A stretch of DNA of 64,000 bases from Nitrosopumilus sp. (GCA_965249555.1 OZ252243.1:896001-960000), one strand, 5' to 3'. Numbered from the stretch's first letter, positions 40,430-50,143 are shown. The notes: generated by a model not told the origin, from the sequence alone. Program-made: numbers and translations.

Positions 40430-41227
40430 ATGTCTACTGAAATTCAAGAGATGCCTGAACAAGGAGAAATTGTTCTTGCCACTGTTACCAAAGTAATGGA
40501 TCATGGGGCTTATGTGACATTAGATGAATATGATGATATCCAAGGATTTTTACATATTTCAGAGATTGCTCCAGGTTGGATTAGATCAATAAGTAGATTT
40601 GTCAGGGATGGGGAGAAAAAAGTTCTGCTTGTAAAGAAAGTAAATTCTAAACGAGGAGATATTGATTTGTCATTAAAACAAATCTCAAAAGATCAGAAAA
40701 AACAAAAACTAAAGGAAGTTAAAAAATTTGAGAAGGGTAAAACACTATTACAAAATGTACAAGACAAGGCAAAATTATCAGATGAAGAAGTTGAAAAGCT
40801 GGAAGATAGTATTTTTTCAAAATTTGATTCAGTTTATGATGCATTCATTGAGATTGGAAGAAATGGAATTGGGTCAGTAAAGGAACTCAAACTTGCAAAA
40901 AAAACTTTAACTGTAATTGAGGAAATTTGCTCTAAAATAAAACTTCCATCAGTTGAGATTAGAGGAATTATGGAAATTACAAACAACAAAACTAATGGAG
41001 TAGAAATTATTAAAAAAACATTATTGGATGAACTAAAAAAAGACTCTACTATAGATATTACATATTTGGGAGCACCAAAGTATAGACTGTCAATAACTTC
41101 AGATAATTTCAAATCTGCTGAGAAGTCACTAAAGCCAATCATTGCTGAAATTCAAACTAACATTGAAAAGAAAAAAGGTTCGTTCAAATTTACTAGAGAA
41201 GACTCGAAGAAAACCAGAGAAAATTAA
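40430..41227 (+). CDS. eif2a: Translation initiation factor aIF2 alpha
   Basis: S1 domain GAYVTLDEY...LHISEI, IDLSLK, GAPKY; start taken at ATG 40430. Confidence 0.93.
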   Translation: MSTEIQEMPEQGEIVLATVTKVMDHGAYVTLDEYDDIQGFLHISEIAPGWIRSISRFVRDGEKKVLLVKKVNSKRGDIDLSLKQISKDQKKQKLKEVKKFEKGKTLLQNVQDKAKLSDEEVEKLEDSIFSKFDSVYDAFIEIGRNGIGSVKELKLAKKTLTVIEEICSKIKLPSVEIRGIMEITNNKTNGVEIIKKTLLDELKKDSTIDITYLGAPKYRLSITSDNFKSAEKSLKPIIAEIQTNIEKKKGSFKFTREDSKKTREN

Positions 41228-41228
41228 A

Positions 41229-41384
41229 ATGAGATTTCAATTAAGAAAATGTTCAAAATGTAATCATTATACATTAAAAGAAAAATGCCCCAAATGTAAT
41301 GAAGATACAGTTTCTGTACATCCAGCAAAATTTTCACCTGATGACAAATATATGAGATACAGATTAGCTGAGAGATACTCTTAG
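41229..41384 (+). CDS. nop10: H/ACA RNP protein Nop10
   Basis: MRFQLRKCSKC..YTLKEKCPKC...HPAKFSPDDKY; ATG at 41229, conserved position after aIF2 alpha. Confidence 0.93.
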   Translation: MRFQLRKCSKCNHYTLKEKCPKCNEDTVSVHPAKFSPDDKYMRYRLAERYS

Positions 41385-41388
41385 AAAA

Positions 41389-43527
41389 TTAAGACACTGG
41401 CTTGTACTCTTTATTTATTTCATAGATAAAAACACCAAGCATTGGTCCAGGTTTTTCTTCAACAAAGCCTGAAGAGGCATATACCAATCTTAATGGTCCA
41501 TCACCATCAAAAGGAAATTTGATATCTTTAGCATAGATGCCTACTGTTCCAGGCACATAAGTTGGAGATTGTTGTGAAAAATCATTTGGATTAACATATC
41601 CTAATGGAGAAAAGGGAAACATCTTACCAAGCAAAGTTTCATTATTGAAATAATCAGTGCCATCAGAATCATTTGAATGTAAGAATTTTGATTCATCGTA
41701 TCCTGCTATTCTCATAAACCATTGTTTTTTTGATTCATCACCACCTCCACGTAACACATAGAAAGAATCTGGCGAATCAATTTTTAGCTTTTCACCTGCT
41801 ACAAAAACAAGAATATAATCCGCTTGCATTTCTTGTAATAAGTGCCAAGCTTCATCAGGATTACTGAGTAACATTCTTGCAATATTTTCAATTATACGAG
41901 TATTAACAGTTGAATTATCTGCTAATGTGGCTCTTTCGCCCATTGTAGAAATCCAATAACCATAATCCCACCAAGCTGCAACTACAGCATCTTTTGGAGT
42001 GTTATTTTTTATCCACTCCATTGAATCAAGCCAGTCAGTAGTACTTATTGTATACGAGCTTCCACCATTTAGAATAGTAGGAGGACTCTTAGAGATAGTA
42101 AACAGATCTGCACCTACAGGATAAATCAGAGGGATTATCAAAAGAATGATTATTCCTGCAACAAATGGTAATTTGATCAATTTACTAATTGGTTTCTTAT
42201 TGTCAGGTTTATTTTTGAAAAATTCTTTCGTTAAAGCAGTTAATCCCAAAGATGCTAAAATAATTACTGCAATTGATGTAAATACTTCTAATCTAACAAA
42301 AGTTGAACCCACATATACTCCAACAAGTCCCAAAATTAATGAAAAAGATAACATATCATTTTTAATAAAACTAGAATTTTTATTTTGAATATTTTTAATA
42401 ATTAACCATATTCCTAGACCTGAAAAAATCATCAAAACTGAGTGAAACAGAAATGATTGTGCTTGTGTTGTAGTTGCATGCTCCGCTACAGAATCTACCA
42501 AGGGATCAGTTGTAGTCAAAAAAGGATTCAATGCATTAAGATATCTATGACTAGCTTCTGGTAAAAATTTAGAATCAGAATTAATTATCATTATACTTGG
42601 GGCAATAATTAAAAGTGCAACTAAGAACAGCAAGCCATTTCTTGTTTTGTTTTTTGAACTTTTGAGTTGAATAAAAATACAAATTACTAAAAATATGGTA
42701 GAAACTATTAATGAAATTCCACCCATCCCAAAAATAAAACTAGAACTTACTCGTTCAATTCCTAAAGAAATTAAGACAGTAGTAATTGTGTAAAGAGGAA
42801 TAGCCCATATGATGAATTTATGATCAGTTCTCAAAAAGGGTAATGCAATGAAGAAAAGTCCTATTGGAATAATAAAGAATTGATTTCCTCCCCAAGCTGA
42901 AATAGAAAAGGTAGTAAAAATTCCAGCTCCAACGAGTTTTGCAAATGCTATTTTTTTGTTTTGAGAATTTATCCCACTTAATAGTAAATATACCGCCAAA
43001 AGACTGAAAAACAATCCCAGAGGTTCTGATTTGAACCAACCAATTGGACCTCGAATTAGTATTGGTAATGAAACAGAAAACAACAGAGCAGAAAACAAAC
43101 CAGCAGTAGTACCACCTATGACTCTAACTAAAGCAAAAATAACAATTGCAGATAAAGAACCAAAGACCACTGGAAATAATATAGTAAAATCATAGAGATC
43201 TAAACCTCCACCAAAAATCCAATAAGTGGTAGCAGCCGTTAGATGAAGTACTACTTGGGAGTTTGAAGATACATCTCTACCTGTTGGATACCAACTCAGA
43301 CTATCATTCCATTCAAAATATGCGCCAATTCCATTATCGACAACATACTGAGTAGCTCTATAATTAAAAAAGGGATCAAATTCGTTTAATTCAAAACCAA
43401 AATCAGCTGGTTGTGAACGAAGTAAAAGAGAAACAGTGAATGACAAAGCAAGAATTCCAATTATTAAAAGATGATTTAATTTTAAATCAAAATTACCTAC
43501 AGAAACAAGCTTTGTATTTGTTAACAA
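41389..43527 (-). CDS. aglB: Oligosaccharyltransferase AglB (STT3)
   Basis: EFDPFF, SVAEH, WWDYG, multiple TM segments. Confidence 0.93.
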   Translation of the reverse strand: MLTNTKLVSVGNFDLKLNHLLIIGILALSFTVSLLLRSQPADFGFELNEFDPFFNYRATQYVVDNGIGAYFEWNDSLSWYPTGRDVSSNSQVVLHLTAATTYWIFGGGLDLYDFTILFPVVFGSLSAIVIFALVRVIGGTTAGLFSALLFSVSLPILIRGPIGWFKSEPLGLFFSLLAVYLLLSGINSQNKKIAFAKLVGAGIFTTFSISAWGGNQFFIIPIGLFFIALPFLRTDHKFIIWAIPLYTITTVLISLGIERVSSSFIFGMGGISLIVSTIFLVICIFIQLKSSKNKTRNGLLFLVALLIIAPSIMIINSDSKFLPEASHRYLNALNPFLTTTDPLVDSVAEHATTTQAQSFLFHSVLMIFSGLGIWLIIKNIQNKNSSFIKNDMLSFSLILGLVGVYVGSTFVRLEVFTSIAVIILASLGLTALTKEFFKNKPDNKKPISKLIKLPFVAGIIILLIIPLIYPVGADLFTISKSPPTILNGGSSYTISTTDWLDSMEWIKNNTPKDAVVAAWWDYGYWISTMGERATLADNSTVNTRIIENIARMLLSNPDEAWHLLQEMQADYILVFVAGEKLKIDSPDSFYVLRGGGDESKKQWFMRIAGYDESKFLHSNDSDGTDYFNNETLLGKMFPFSPLGYVNPNDFSQQSPTYVPGTVGIYAKDIKFPFDGDGPLRLVYASSGFVEEKPGPMLGVFIYEINKEYKPVS

Positions 43528-43590
43528 TTGTTTTTTCTCAAAAAACTTTGCTTATTACTCTTTGTATAAAAAATCACAGATATTTGGAAT

Positions 43591-44046
43591 TTATGGAGAA
43601 TATCTTCCTTCGAGTCTAGTTTTTGCAATAACATGATTCTTCATAGCTTCTTCTATTTGCTTTTTAGTTGAGTCTTTATCGGCATCTAATTTTTGATCTA
43701 ATGCATATAGTTTGAAGATGTATGTGTGTTCTTTATCTGGAGGAGCTGGTCCACCATAACCAATTTCGCCAAAATCAGTTTTACCTTCAAGACAATCTGA
43801 TGGAATAGAATTTTCTTTTAATTCCATAGTACTTGGATTAATATTCCATAAAACCCAGTGAACCCATACTTTTCCAACTGCGCCCATAGCATCAGGATCA
43901 TCCATTATAAGAGCTAGAGATGATGTGTTTTCAGGAACACCACTAATTTTTAGAGGGGGGCTTTGATTTCCATTTTTATAACCATATTTTCTAGGAATCA
44001 CTCCACCATTATCAAATGCTTCACTTTCTAAAGTAAAATCTTCCAT
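43591..44046 (-). CDS. YbhB/YbcL (PEBP) family protein
   Basis: DDPDA, WVHWV, GYGGPAPP, HTY. Confidence 0.92.
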   Translation of the reverse strand: MEDFTLESEAFDNGGVIPRKYGYKNGNQSPPLKISGVPENTSSLALIMDDPDAMGAVGKVWVHWVLWNINPSTMELKENSIPSDCLEGKTDFGEIGYGGPAPPDKEHTYIFKLYALDQKLDADKDSTKKQIEEAMKNHVIAKTRLEGRYSP

Positions 44047-44080
44047 ATCAGAATTTAGAAATACTCAAAGTTAAATTTTT

Positions 44081-44449
44081 CTAAGATTCTAAAACTATTC
44101 TGTTATTTGAAAAAGACATTATAGAACTTCCATGATTCTTGATCTGTTTTTTTAGTTGTTTATCCATTGTGGCAACAATTGCTTTATTGTTTAAAACATA
44201 ATCAAGTAACTCTTTGTCAGCAAATGTGCCAAAAATAGGAATTATTTTAAAAAATTTTATGTAATTAAGAGTTGATTGAATGTCTTGAGTTTTTTTTGGG
44301 TTTTTTTCTAATTTAGATAATTCATTTTTTACAACTTGTGGTACGACAAAGGTGATTTGACCGATTTCTACATCCAGATTATCAATATTTTTGATTCTTC
44401 TAGTTGCGAGATGAATTAGAAAATTTGTGTCACAGATTACTTCAACCAA
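44081..44449 (-). CDS. PIN-domain protein (Fcf1/Utp24-like)
   Basis: ICDTNFL, FADKEL, VATMDKQL; conserved position after aIF2 gamma. Confidence 0.85.
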   Translation of the reverse strand: MVEVICDTNFLIHLATRRIKNIDNLDVEIGQITFVVPQVVKNELSKLEKNPKKTQDIQSTLNYIKFFKIIPIFGTFADKELLDYVLNNKAIVATMDKQLKKQIKNHGSSIMSFSNNRIVLES

Positions 44450-45704
44450 CTATTCCTGCACCGATTAATCTCCATCTTTCAGAAATTCTTCTACTAATTG
44501 CTACATTTCCACCTTCAAAGATACATGCAGGTCTTCTAAGTTCAATCTCGATATTTTTTGATTTTATTTTGTTAACCTTACCCAATACAGGAGCAGTTCC
44601 AATATTTAGTCGAAGTAGTTCGCCTGATTGGATTGGCTGGACTTTGATATCTTCAGTAATTCCTACTGCAGAATCAAACAGATTCACTTCTAGTTTTAAC
44701 TGAACAGAATTTTCAGGAAGTGTATCAGGTTTTCCAATAACTGAACCGATAAATGAATCACTTCTAGTCATAGAAGGATCTAATTTTGTTCCAATAGCAA
44801 CCAAACCACCAGGCTTTACTGATTCAACAATTCCTGCAGCAGTTCCTAAAGAAGTAATTTCTGTCACTAAAGGTTCATAGGACTTTTTTTTCTCATTCAT
44901 AACACCAGGTTTAATTTCAATTTCATCACCAACATTGAAAACTCCTTGAGTTAGACTTCCTCCAATGACACCTCCCTTGATATTTTTTATTTTTGTACCA
45001 GGTTTGTTTACATCAAAAGAACGCAAAACATGCATTATAGTATCTTTTTTTTCATTTCTTTCTGGTGTTTTGATTGTTGATTCAATAGATCCAATTAATG
45101 CATCAATGTTTAATCCAGATTGTGCAGAAATAGGAATTACAGGTGATTTTGCAGCATGAGTTCCTTTAACAAATTTTGTAATTTCTTGATAGTTTGCTAA
45201 GACTTCTTTGTAAGAAAGTAGATCAACTTTGTTTTGGACTACAACTATTTGTTGAATTCCAAGAGTTTCAAGAGCTAAGAGATGTTCTTTTGTTTGTGGT
45301 TTGGGAACTTTTTCATTTGCAGCAACTAGTAATAATGCACCATCCATCAAGGCAGAACCTGAAAGCATGTTTGCCATCAAACTTTCGTGTCCAGGGCTGT
45401 CAACAAAACTAACAACTCTAGATAATTCACTTTTCTTTCCACAATTGGTACATTTTGGGGTTGTAGAATATCCTAAAGGATCCTCACAACTTTTGCATTT
45501 GTAAAATGCAGCATCAGAGTATCCTACACGAATAGTAATTCCACGTTTTAGTTCCTGACTATGCACACTAGTCCACGAACCAGTTAATGCCTGAATAAGA
45601 GTAGTTTTTCCGTGATCTACATGACCAGCAGTTCCAATGTTAACGCATGGTTGATATCCATATTTTTTGATGTACCAATTAGGAAGTGTGTCTCTCCAAT
45701 GCAT
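44442..45704 (-). CDS. eif2g: Translation initiation factor aIF2 gamma
   Basis: GHVDHGKTT, RGITIRVGY, Zn knuckle, DSPGHE, NKVD, WRLIG. Confidence 0.96.
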   Translation of the reverse strand: MHWRDTLPNWYIKKYGYQPCVNIGTAGHVDHGKTTLIQALTGSWTSVHSQELKRGITIRVGYSDAAFYKCKSCEDPLGYSTTPKCTNCGKKSELSRVVSFVDSPGHESLMANMLSGSALMDGALLLVAANEKVPKPQTKEHLLALETLGIQQIVVVQNKVDLLSYKEVLANYQEITKFVKGTHAAKSPVIPISAQSGLNIDALIGSIESTIKTPERNEKKDTIMHVLRSFDVNKPGTKIKNIKGGVIGGSLTQGVFNVGDEIEIKPGVMNEKKKSYEPLVTEITSLGTAAGIVESVKPGGLVAIGTKLDPSMTRSDSFIGSVIGKPDTLPENSVQLKLEVNLFDSAVGITEDIKVQPIQSGELLRLNIGTAPVLGKVNKIKSKNIEIELRRPACIFEGGNVAISRRISERWRLIGAGIVG

Positions 45705-45735
45705 GAGTCAAAATGTAGAATCGGTATATGTTAAG

Positions 45736-46146
45736 TTATTCTTTTTTATCTTCAGTTTTTTCTTCTGTAGACTCTGCTGCATCTTCAGCAGGTGCTTCAA
45801 CTGGTAATTCTCCATCAAATTTACAATTTACTTGATAGATTTCTTCTGATACTGTATTTCCACGCATTAATTTTCTCACTCTTTGTCCGGTTTCTGCATC
45901 TTGCAAACCTACTCCTTTAGAAAGTAAAACATATTTTCTTGCTGCACCATGAATATCATTTCTCATAGGAACACCAGATTTGTCACTTCCTCCAGTTAGT
46001 TTTAATTTTCCAGCTAGTCCTACAATTGTAGCATCAGTTTCATTTCCTAGTTGTAAACCTAGTAATGGATTTGCATCACTGTCTTTGAGTTCCTTTGATA
46101 CAGACTTTCCCTTGATATCTGAAATTGTAAGTTTGAAGTTGGCCAA
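45736..46146 (-). CDS. rps6e: 30S ribosomal protein eS6
   Basis: LTGGSDKSGVPM, RKLMRGN; start probably TTG at 46146. Confidence 0.93.
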   Translation of the reverse strand: MANFKLTISDIKGKSVSKELKDSDANPLLGLQLGNETDATIVGLAGKLKLTGGSDKSGVPMRNDIHGAARKYVLLSKGVGLQDAETGQRVRKLMRGNTVSEEIYQVNCKFDGELPVEAPAEDAAESTEEKTEDKKE

Positions 46147-46220
46147 GTATTCCAAAAAAAAGTTTGACGACTAATTAACCTTTGGACATTATTTTTAAAT
46201 CAAGACTTACAAAGATAGGC

Positions 46221-46343
46221 ATGGGAGAAGACATTAGATGTCCAAAGTGTGATAACAAGATGGTACATATGCAAGCATGTCATATGTTTTGTCCCAACTG
46301 TGGGTCTCATTTAGATTGCTCAGATAAAGGAAACTATTGGTAA
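46221..46343 (+). CDS. Zn-finger micro-protein, 40 aa (not in ORF track)
   Basis: MGEDIRCPKCDNKMVHMQACHMFCPNCGSHLDCSDKGNYW; two CPxC motifs and a DCSD ending. Confidence 0.7.
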   Translation: MGEDIRCPKCDNKMVHMQACHMFCPNCGSHLDCSDKGNYW

Positions 46344-46399
46344 CTATTTTGCCATATAGACAAAAAATTTAGGCTCAATTTTTGATAAAATCTAATGTA

Positions 46400-47109
46400 A
46401 TTTCCATACAATCAATCAGTTTTGAATTCTTTGAGTAACATCTATGAATTCCATCAAATCTGGCGGTACTGGTTATGTTCTATCCAATGTTGAGAAATAC
46501 ATTGGAATGAATTCTGAACGATTTGTAAATTGTTTATGTCCTTGTAACAGTTCTTTTTTAATATCTTTGAATAGAGAATATTTCTTTGCCAATTTTTTAT
46601 ATGATTTTCCAATTGAAAATAGGACATCTTCATTCAAAAGCATTGTAAATGCAAAATAATTAACTAGAGATTCTGGTTTTACTTTTGGCAAAAATGCAAC
46701 AAATGTAGTCATAAATCCTTGAGATCCTAACATTCTTTCTTCCTGCTCTCTAATTGTCGTAGTAAGATCTACAAAAAAATTCATAGTTAATGTATTCAAC
46801 CAATTAAAAATTAGAAACAAAGAAAATGCTACTATTACAGTAGGGACTAAGATTACAAAAAATATCCATTATTCTAATGGATATAATGAATTATAGCCTA
46901 AGAAAACTGTTACAAAAATTCCAAAAGCTACAAAGATGTAATTTCGCTTATATCCTTAATCTCTGAAGTGACTAATGTTGTAGCATTTTCAAATCTATCT
47001 TGTATACGTTTAACGAATCAATTGCTCCTGTATGATACAGATCAATTCTAGAAATTGCCCATTTCTTATCCTCATCTGTTTTAATTAGATCTAATGAAAT
47101 TTCATCCAT
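46400..47109 (-). pseudogene. Degraded membrane-protein gene
   Basis: Starts MDEISLDLIK at 47109; needs about two frameshifts and an in-frame TAA (YPLE*WIFFVIL) to join ORF 46473-46820; two hydrophobic segments. Confidence 0.55.
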
Positions 47110-47302
47110 GTTATTTATCACTTAATTATTGCCCACAAACTGGACATTGAATATTTTGGTTAGGTTTAGCAGGATGTATTTCATTTTCTGATGGGGAAAA
47201 ATCATGATAGTTTTGACATTCTTTGTTATAAGCTTCTTCAGAAGAATTTGCATGAATTACTTTGAAATGTGAGTGTGGATGCGTGTCTAGTCTCTGTTTT
47301 AG

Positions 47303-47411
47303 GGTACAGTGAAGTTATAGGGATACAGAAATACGGATCTTCTCTGAATTGAAATTCGTGCCTATTGTGGTTATGAGATATATGAAATCACGATCTTATT
47401 CGAATTCAAAA
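47303..47411 (+). repeat. 109-bp inverted repeat, left copy
   Basis: GGTACAGTGAAG...TATTCGAATTCAAAA is the exact reverse complement of 49799-49907. Confidence 0.95.
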
Positions 47412-47429
47412 ATTAACAGGTTTTGAAAT

Positions 47430-47702
47430 TCAGGGCTTTATCTCATCATAACATTTGTCACAAACGTTAATCTGCTTTTCTGTGTCCGGATCTTTTACCC
47501 TCTTGCCCTTCCTAATCTGCTCTTTGCACATTGAGCAGAAATTAAGTCTGTCCTCCGTAACCAATGGCTTTCCATTACATTTCTTGCAAAAATATACGGT
47601 AACAGTTGGGAACTGTGGGATGAATAATCCCAAAGCCCGTTCCTCCAAGTCATAAACGCACCTGCATCTGATACATCTGAACTTGTCTGATACGAACTCC
47701 AT
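47430..47702 (-). CDS. Cys-rich Zn-ribbon hypothetical protein
   Basis: Four CxxC motifs in 90 aa; its start overlaps the upstream stop (TAATG). Confidence 0.7.
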   Translation of the reverse strand: MEFVSDKFRCIRCRCVYDLEERALGLFIPQFPTVTVYFCKKCNGKPLVTEDRLNFCSMCKEQIRKGKRVKDPDTEKQINVCDKCYDEIKP

Positions 47703-47897
47703 TATTCATACCCCCTATCCATGGCTGCATTTTGAATAAGTGTCTTCCATTTGTTCTTACCATCAACATTAATCAGGGCTATTTCTGCCCGGGGTCTTTC
47801 CTTTGAGTGAGCCATGCTTTTTGGTGAAATTGTAAGACCCTCATTCCATCTAGTATTGGCGTGTCCATCTTTTTTAGACCTCTAAAGACTTTTTCCC
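47702..47897 (-). pseudogene. C-terminal remnant of a DDE/rve-type transposase
   Basis: EKVFRGLKKMDTPILDGMRV/fs/YNFTKKHGSLKGKTP/fs/AEIALINVDGKNKWKTLIQNAAMDRGYE*; YN...H..L.G.TP is the integrase-core tail; two frameshifts. Confidence 0.7.
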
Positions 47898-47997
47898 AAG
47901 CTTTATCATTTTGTGTGTTTTATCATTATGTAAAAATAATATTTGAATGATCAGACACTGACATGTATCAAATTCCCGTTAAAATAAAAGTCGCTGA

Positions 47998-49575
47998 TTA
48001 CTGGCCGATATTGACTCGTACGTAGTTGGATCGTTTGCTATCTCCTGCTTCATTAAATGCAACTACTCTGTAGACATATTTGCCATCATCTAATGACTCG
48101 ATAGTAAATGAATCCCTTGGCGAGTCATTACTTAGAGTATAGATATTACATACTGCCAAGTCTTTGGTACCACGCTCTTTACACAAGATGTTGTAACCAT
48201 CTATGGTCGAATCTTGTGGATCAGTCCAGGATAATTCTACTGTATCATTATTAGCAGATGCTTCCAAGTTTTGAGGTTTTGATGGAGGTTCGCTAGTAAT
48301 AGTTGATGATTTAACAGGGTTGGAAGGTACGGGTTCGCCAATAGTTAATAATTTAACAAAATTGGAGCGTGGTGATTCTCCGGACTCGTTAAGGGCAATT
48401 ACGCGAAAGACATAGACAGTATTGGATTTTAAATCATCAACAGTGTAACTGTTACTGACTGTTCCTGTATTTTCAATACAGGTTTTTAGACTGGATTCAG
48501 TTGCAGGGGTTCGGCATAATATCTTGTAGCCTGTAATAGAGTCATCATTAGGATTGTTCCAAGATAATTTTACTGTATTTGCATTTGATGCTACAAATGT
48601 CAAATTACTTGGTTTTGCTGGCGGTGCTAGTGATACTTGATTTCCTGAAGTTCCAAGATCAGAGAGATTGGTAATTGGTATAAACTCAGTAACCGCAGTA
48701 TCTCCACCTGAATATACAGACTTTATAGCTACAGACTTGAATAATTCTTCACCCAAAACAGTTATAGCTAAATCAACTGAAGATTTTGAATCAGGTGAAA
48801 CAACAAGATGATGTTCTATGGTTGTATCATCTGCATATTTTCCTATCAACACATAATTACTGATATCTGTGTTGTATGGACTAGTCCATTCCAGTTCTAG
48901 ACCAATAGTAGTAAAGTCTCTACCTTGTATAGTTTTAGTTTCAGGTACAGTTACTCCCTTTTTCTCAATAGAGTCAACGCTAAAAGCACGAGCAGATAAA
49001 CCACTTAATGCTACAGCAGGACTATTTCCCATAGTTGGTATTACACAGCTGCCAGTGCCGAGACTTAGATTTATCAAGCCTAGTCCCATATAGGATTTAG
49101 GTTGAATCTCTGCTACATTTAATTTCTCTATTGTTATGAGTGCTGCTTCTCCTCTACCTTGATCATTTACTGCTGATATTCTAAAATTCATAGATGGACC
49201 AGAAGTACCAGTAACTAATGCAGTTGATTCACAGATTTTCATATATGGAAATTCAGTGTAAAAATCTGGACTATCATTAGGTGCATAACCTTCTACATTA
49301 TATCTAGTGATATCAACTCTATGGGAATCCCATATTACTCTGTTAATAGAATCATTATATGAAAACTCTATATGATATCCAACGATATCACTGCTGCCAT
49401 TAGACTCTGGAGCATCCCATGTTATTACTTGGATCAATCCAGTTCCTCCACCAATAGGTAGTTCACTAATTGCTTCTAGATTACGTGGTACTGATGGAGG
49501 TTCTGATTGTGCATATGCAGAGGTTAATCCTACCACTAGAACCAGTGATAAAATTACACTTGCTACAACCTTCAT
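47998..49575 (-). CDS. Secreted fibronectin type III repeat protein
   Basis: Signal peptide (AYA-Q); repeated PPS.P.NL...LSW...I.GY.I...YVFRVIA.N..G.S..S FN3 units. Confidence 0.85.
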   Translation of the reverse strand: MKVVASVILSLVLVVGLTSAYAQSEPPSVPRNLEAISELPIGGGTGLIQVITWDAPESNGSSDIVGYHIEFSYNDSINRVIWDSHRVDITRYNVEGYAPNDSPDFYTEFPYMKICESTALVTGTSGPSMNFRISAVNDQGRGEAALITIEKLNVAEIQPKSYMGLGLINLSLGTGSCVIPTMGNSPAVALSGLSARAFSVDSIEKKGVTVPETKTIQGRDFTTIGLELEWTSPYNTDISNYVLIGKYADDTTIEHHLVVSPDSKSSVDLAITVLGEELFKSVAIKSVYSGGDTAVTEFIPITNLSDLGTSGNQVSLAPPAKPSNLTFVASNANTVKLSWNNPNDDSITGYKILCRTPATESSLKTCIENTGTVSNSYTVDDLKSNTVYVFRVIALNESGESPRSNFVKLLTIGEPVPSNPVKSSTITSEPPSKPQNLEASANNDTVELSWTDPQDSTIDGYNILCKERGTKDLAVCNIYTLSNDSPRDSFTIESLDDGKYVYRVVAFNEAGDSKRSNYVRVNIGQ

Positions 49576-49798
49576 ACAATATCCAAATACAGTAATGTAT
49601 AAGAGTATTTAGATCAATCATAGTGATCTAGCATATCTAGTGTTCAAAAGTTGACAAATATGGATTCTTATCTGGATTACCTTAACCACTTTACTGCTTT
49701 TTCATATTCTGGTATCTCCATTACTTAATTCATACAAAACTGAATTCTGTTGAGTTAAGATATTAAATCGATCTCATCTGAATTTAGAAATTAGTTGA

Positions 49799-49907
49799 TT
49801 TTGAATTCGAATAAGATCGTGATTTCATATATCTCATAACCACAATAGGCACGAATTTCAATTCAGAGAAGATCCGTATTTCTGTATCCCTATAACTTCA
49901 CTGTACC
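49799..49907 (-). repeat. 109-bp inverted repeat, right copy
   Basis: Reverse complement of 47303-47411. Confidence 0.95.
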
Positions 49908-49917
49908 TTATTGGTAA

Positions 49918-50091
49918 TTACAATCCAGATCTATCTGGAATATAGTCTGATGCCATATTGATTGCATTATCTTTCATGATTTCAAGATAGGTATCATAAT
50001 CTGCTTCAAAGTTACAGTGAGGACATTTAACTTTCGTAATTTCATCATCTAAAATTGCAACTTTTTCACACTCTGGGCACCTTGCATCCAT
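49918..50091 (-). CDS. Small Zn-ribbon protein, 57 aa (not in ORF track; probably a core gene)
   Basis: MDARCPECEKVAILDDEITKVKCPHCNFEADYDTYLEIMKDNAINMASDYIPDRSGL; divergent from the tRNA-Gly 5' fragment. Confidence 0.8.
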   Translation of the reverse strand: MDARCPECEKVAILDDEITKVKCPHCNFEADYDTYLEIMKDNAINMASDYIPDRSGL

Positions 50092-50143
50092 ATCTTAGTT
50101 TCACAATCAAGATATTTAATCATGATTATCAAATATGTCCTAA

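Larger units (their letters stand above)
47303..49907. mobile_element. Inverted-repeat-bounded cassette (putative non-autonomous cargo transposon or invertible segment)
   Basis: Perfect 109-bp inverted repeats enclose a Zn-ribbon ORF, a transposase remnant and an FN3 protein gene. Confidence 0.65.

Noticed and set aside
41142-41228. N-terminal extension of Nop10 in the ORF track
   Set aside because: Overlaps aIF2 alpha; the Nop10 sequence begins at ATG 41229
46876-46901. dif-like site AATGGATATAA-TGAA-TTATAGCCTAA
   Set aside because: Spacer is 4 bp rather than 6 bp, and it lies inside the pseudogene reading frame; likely chance in AT-rich DNA
47303-49907. Casposon
   Set aside because: No Cas1-like or PolB gene between the inverted repeats
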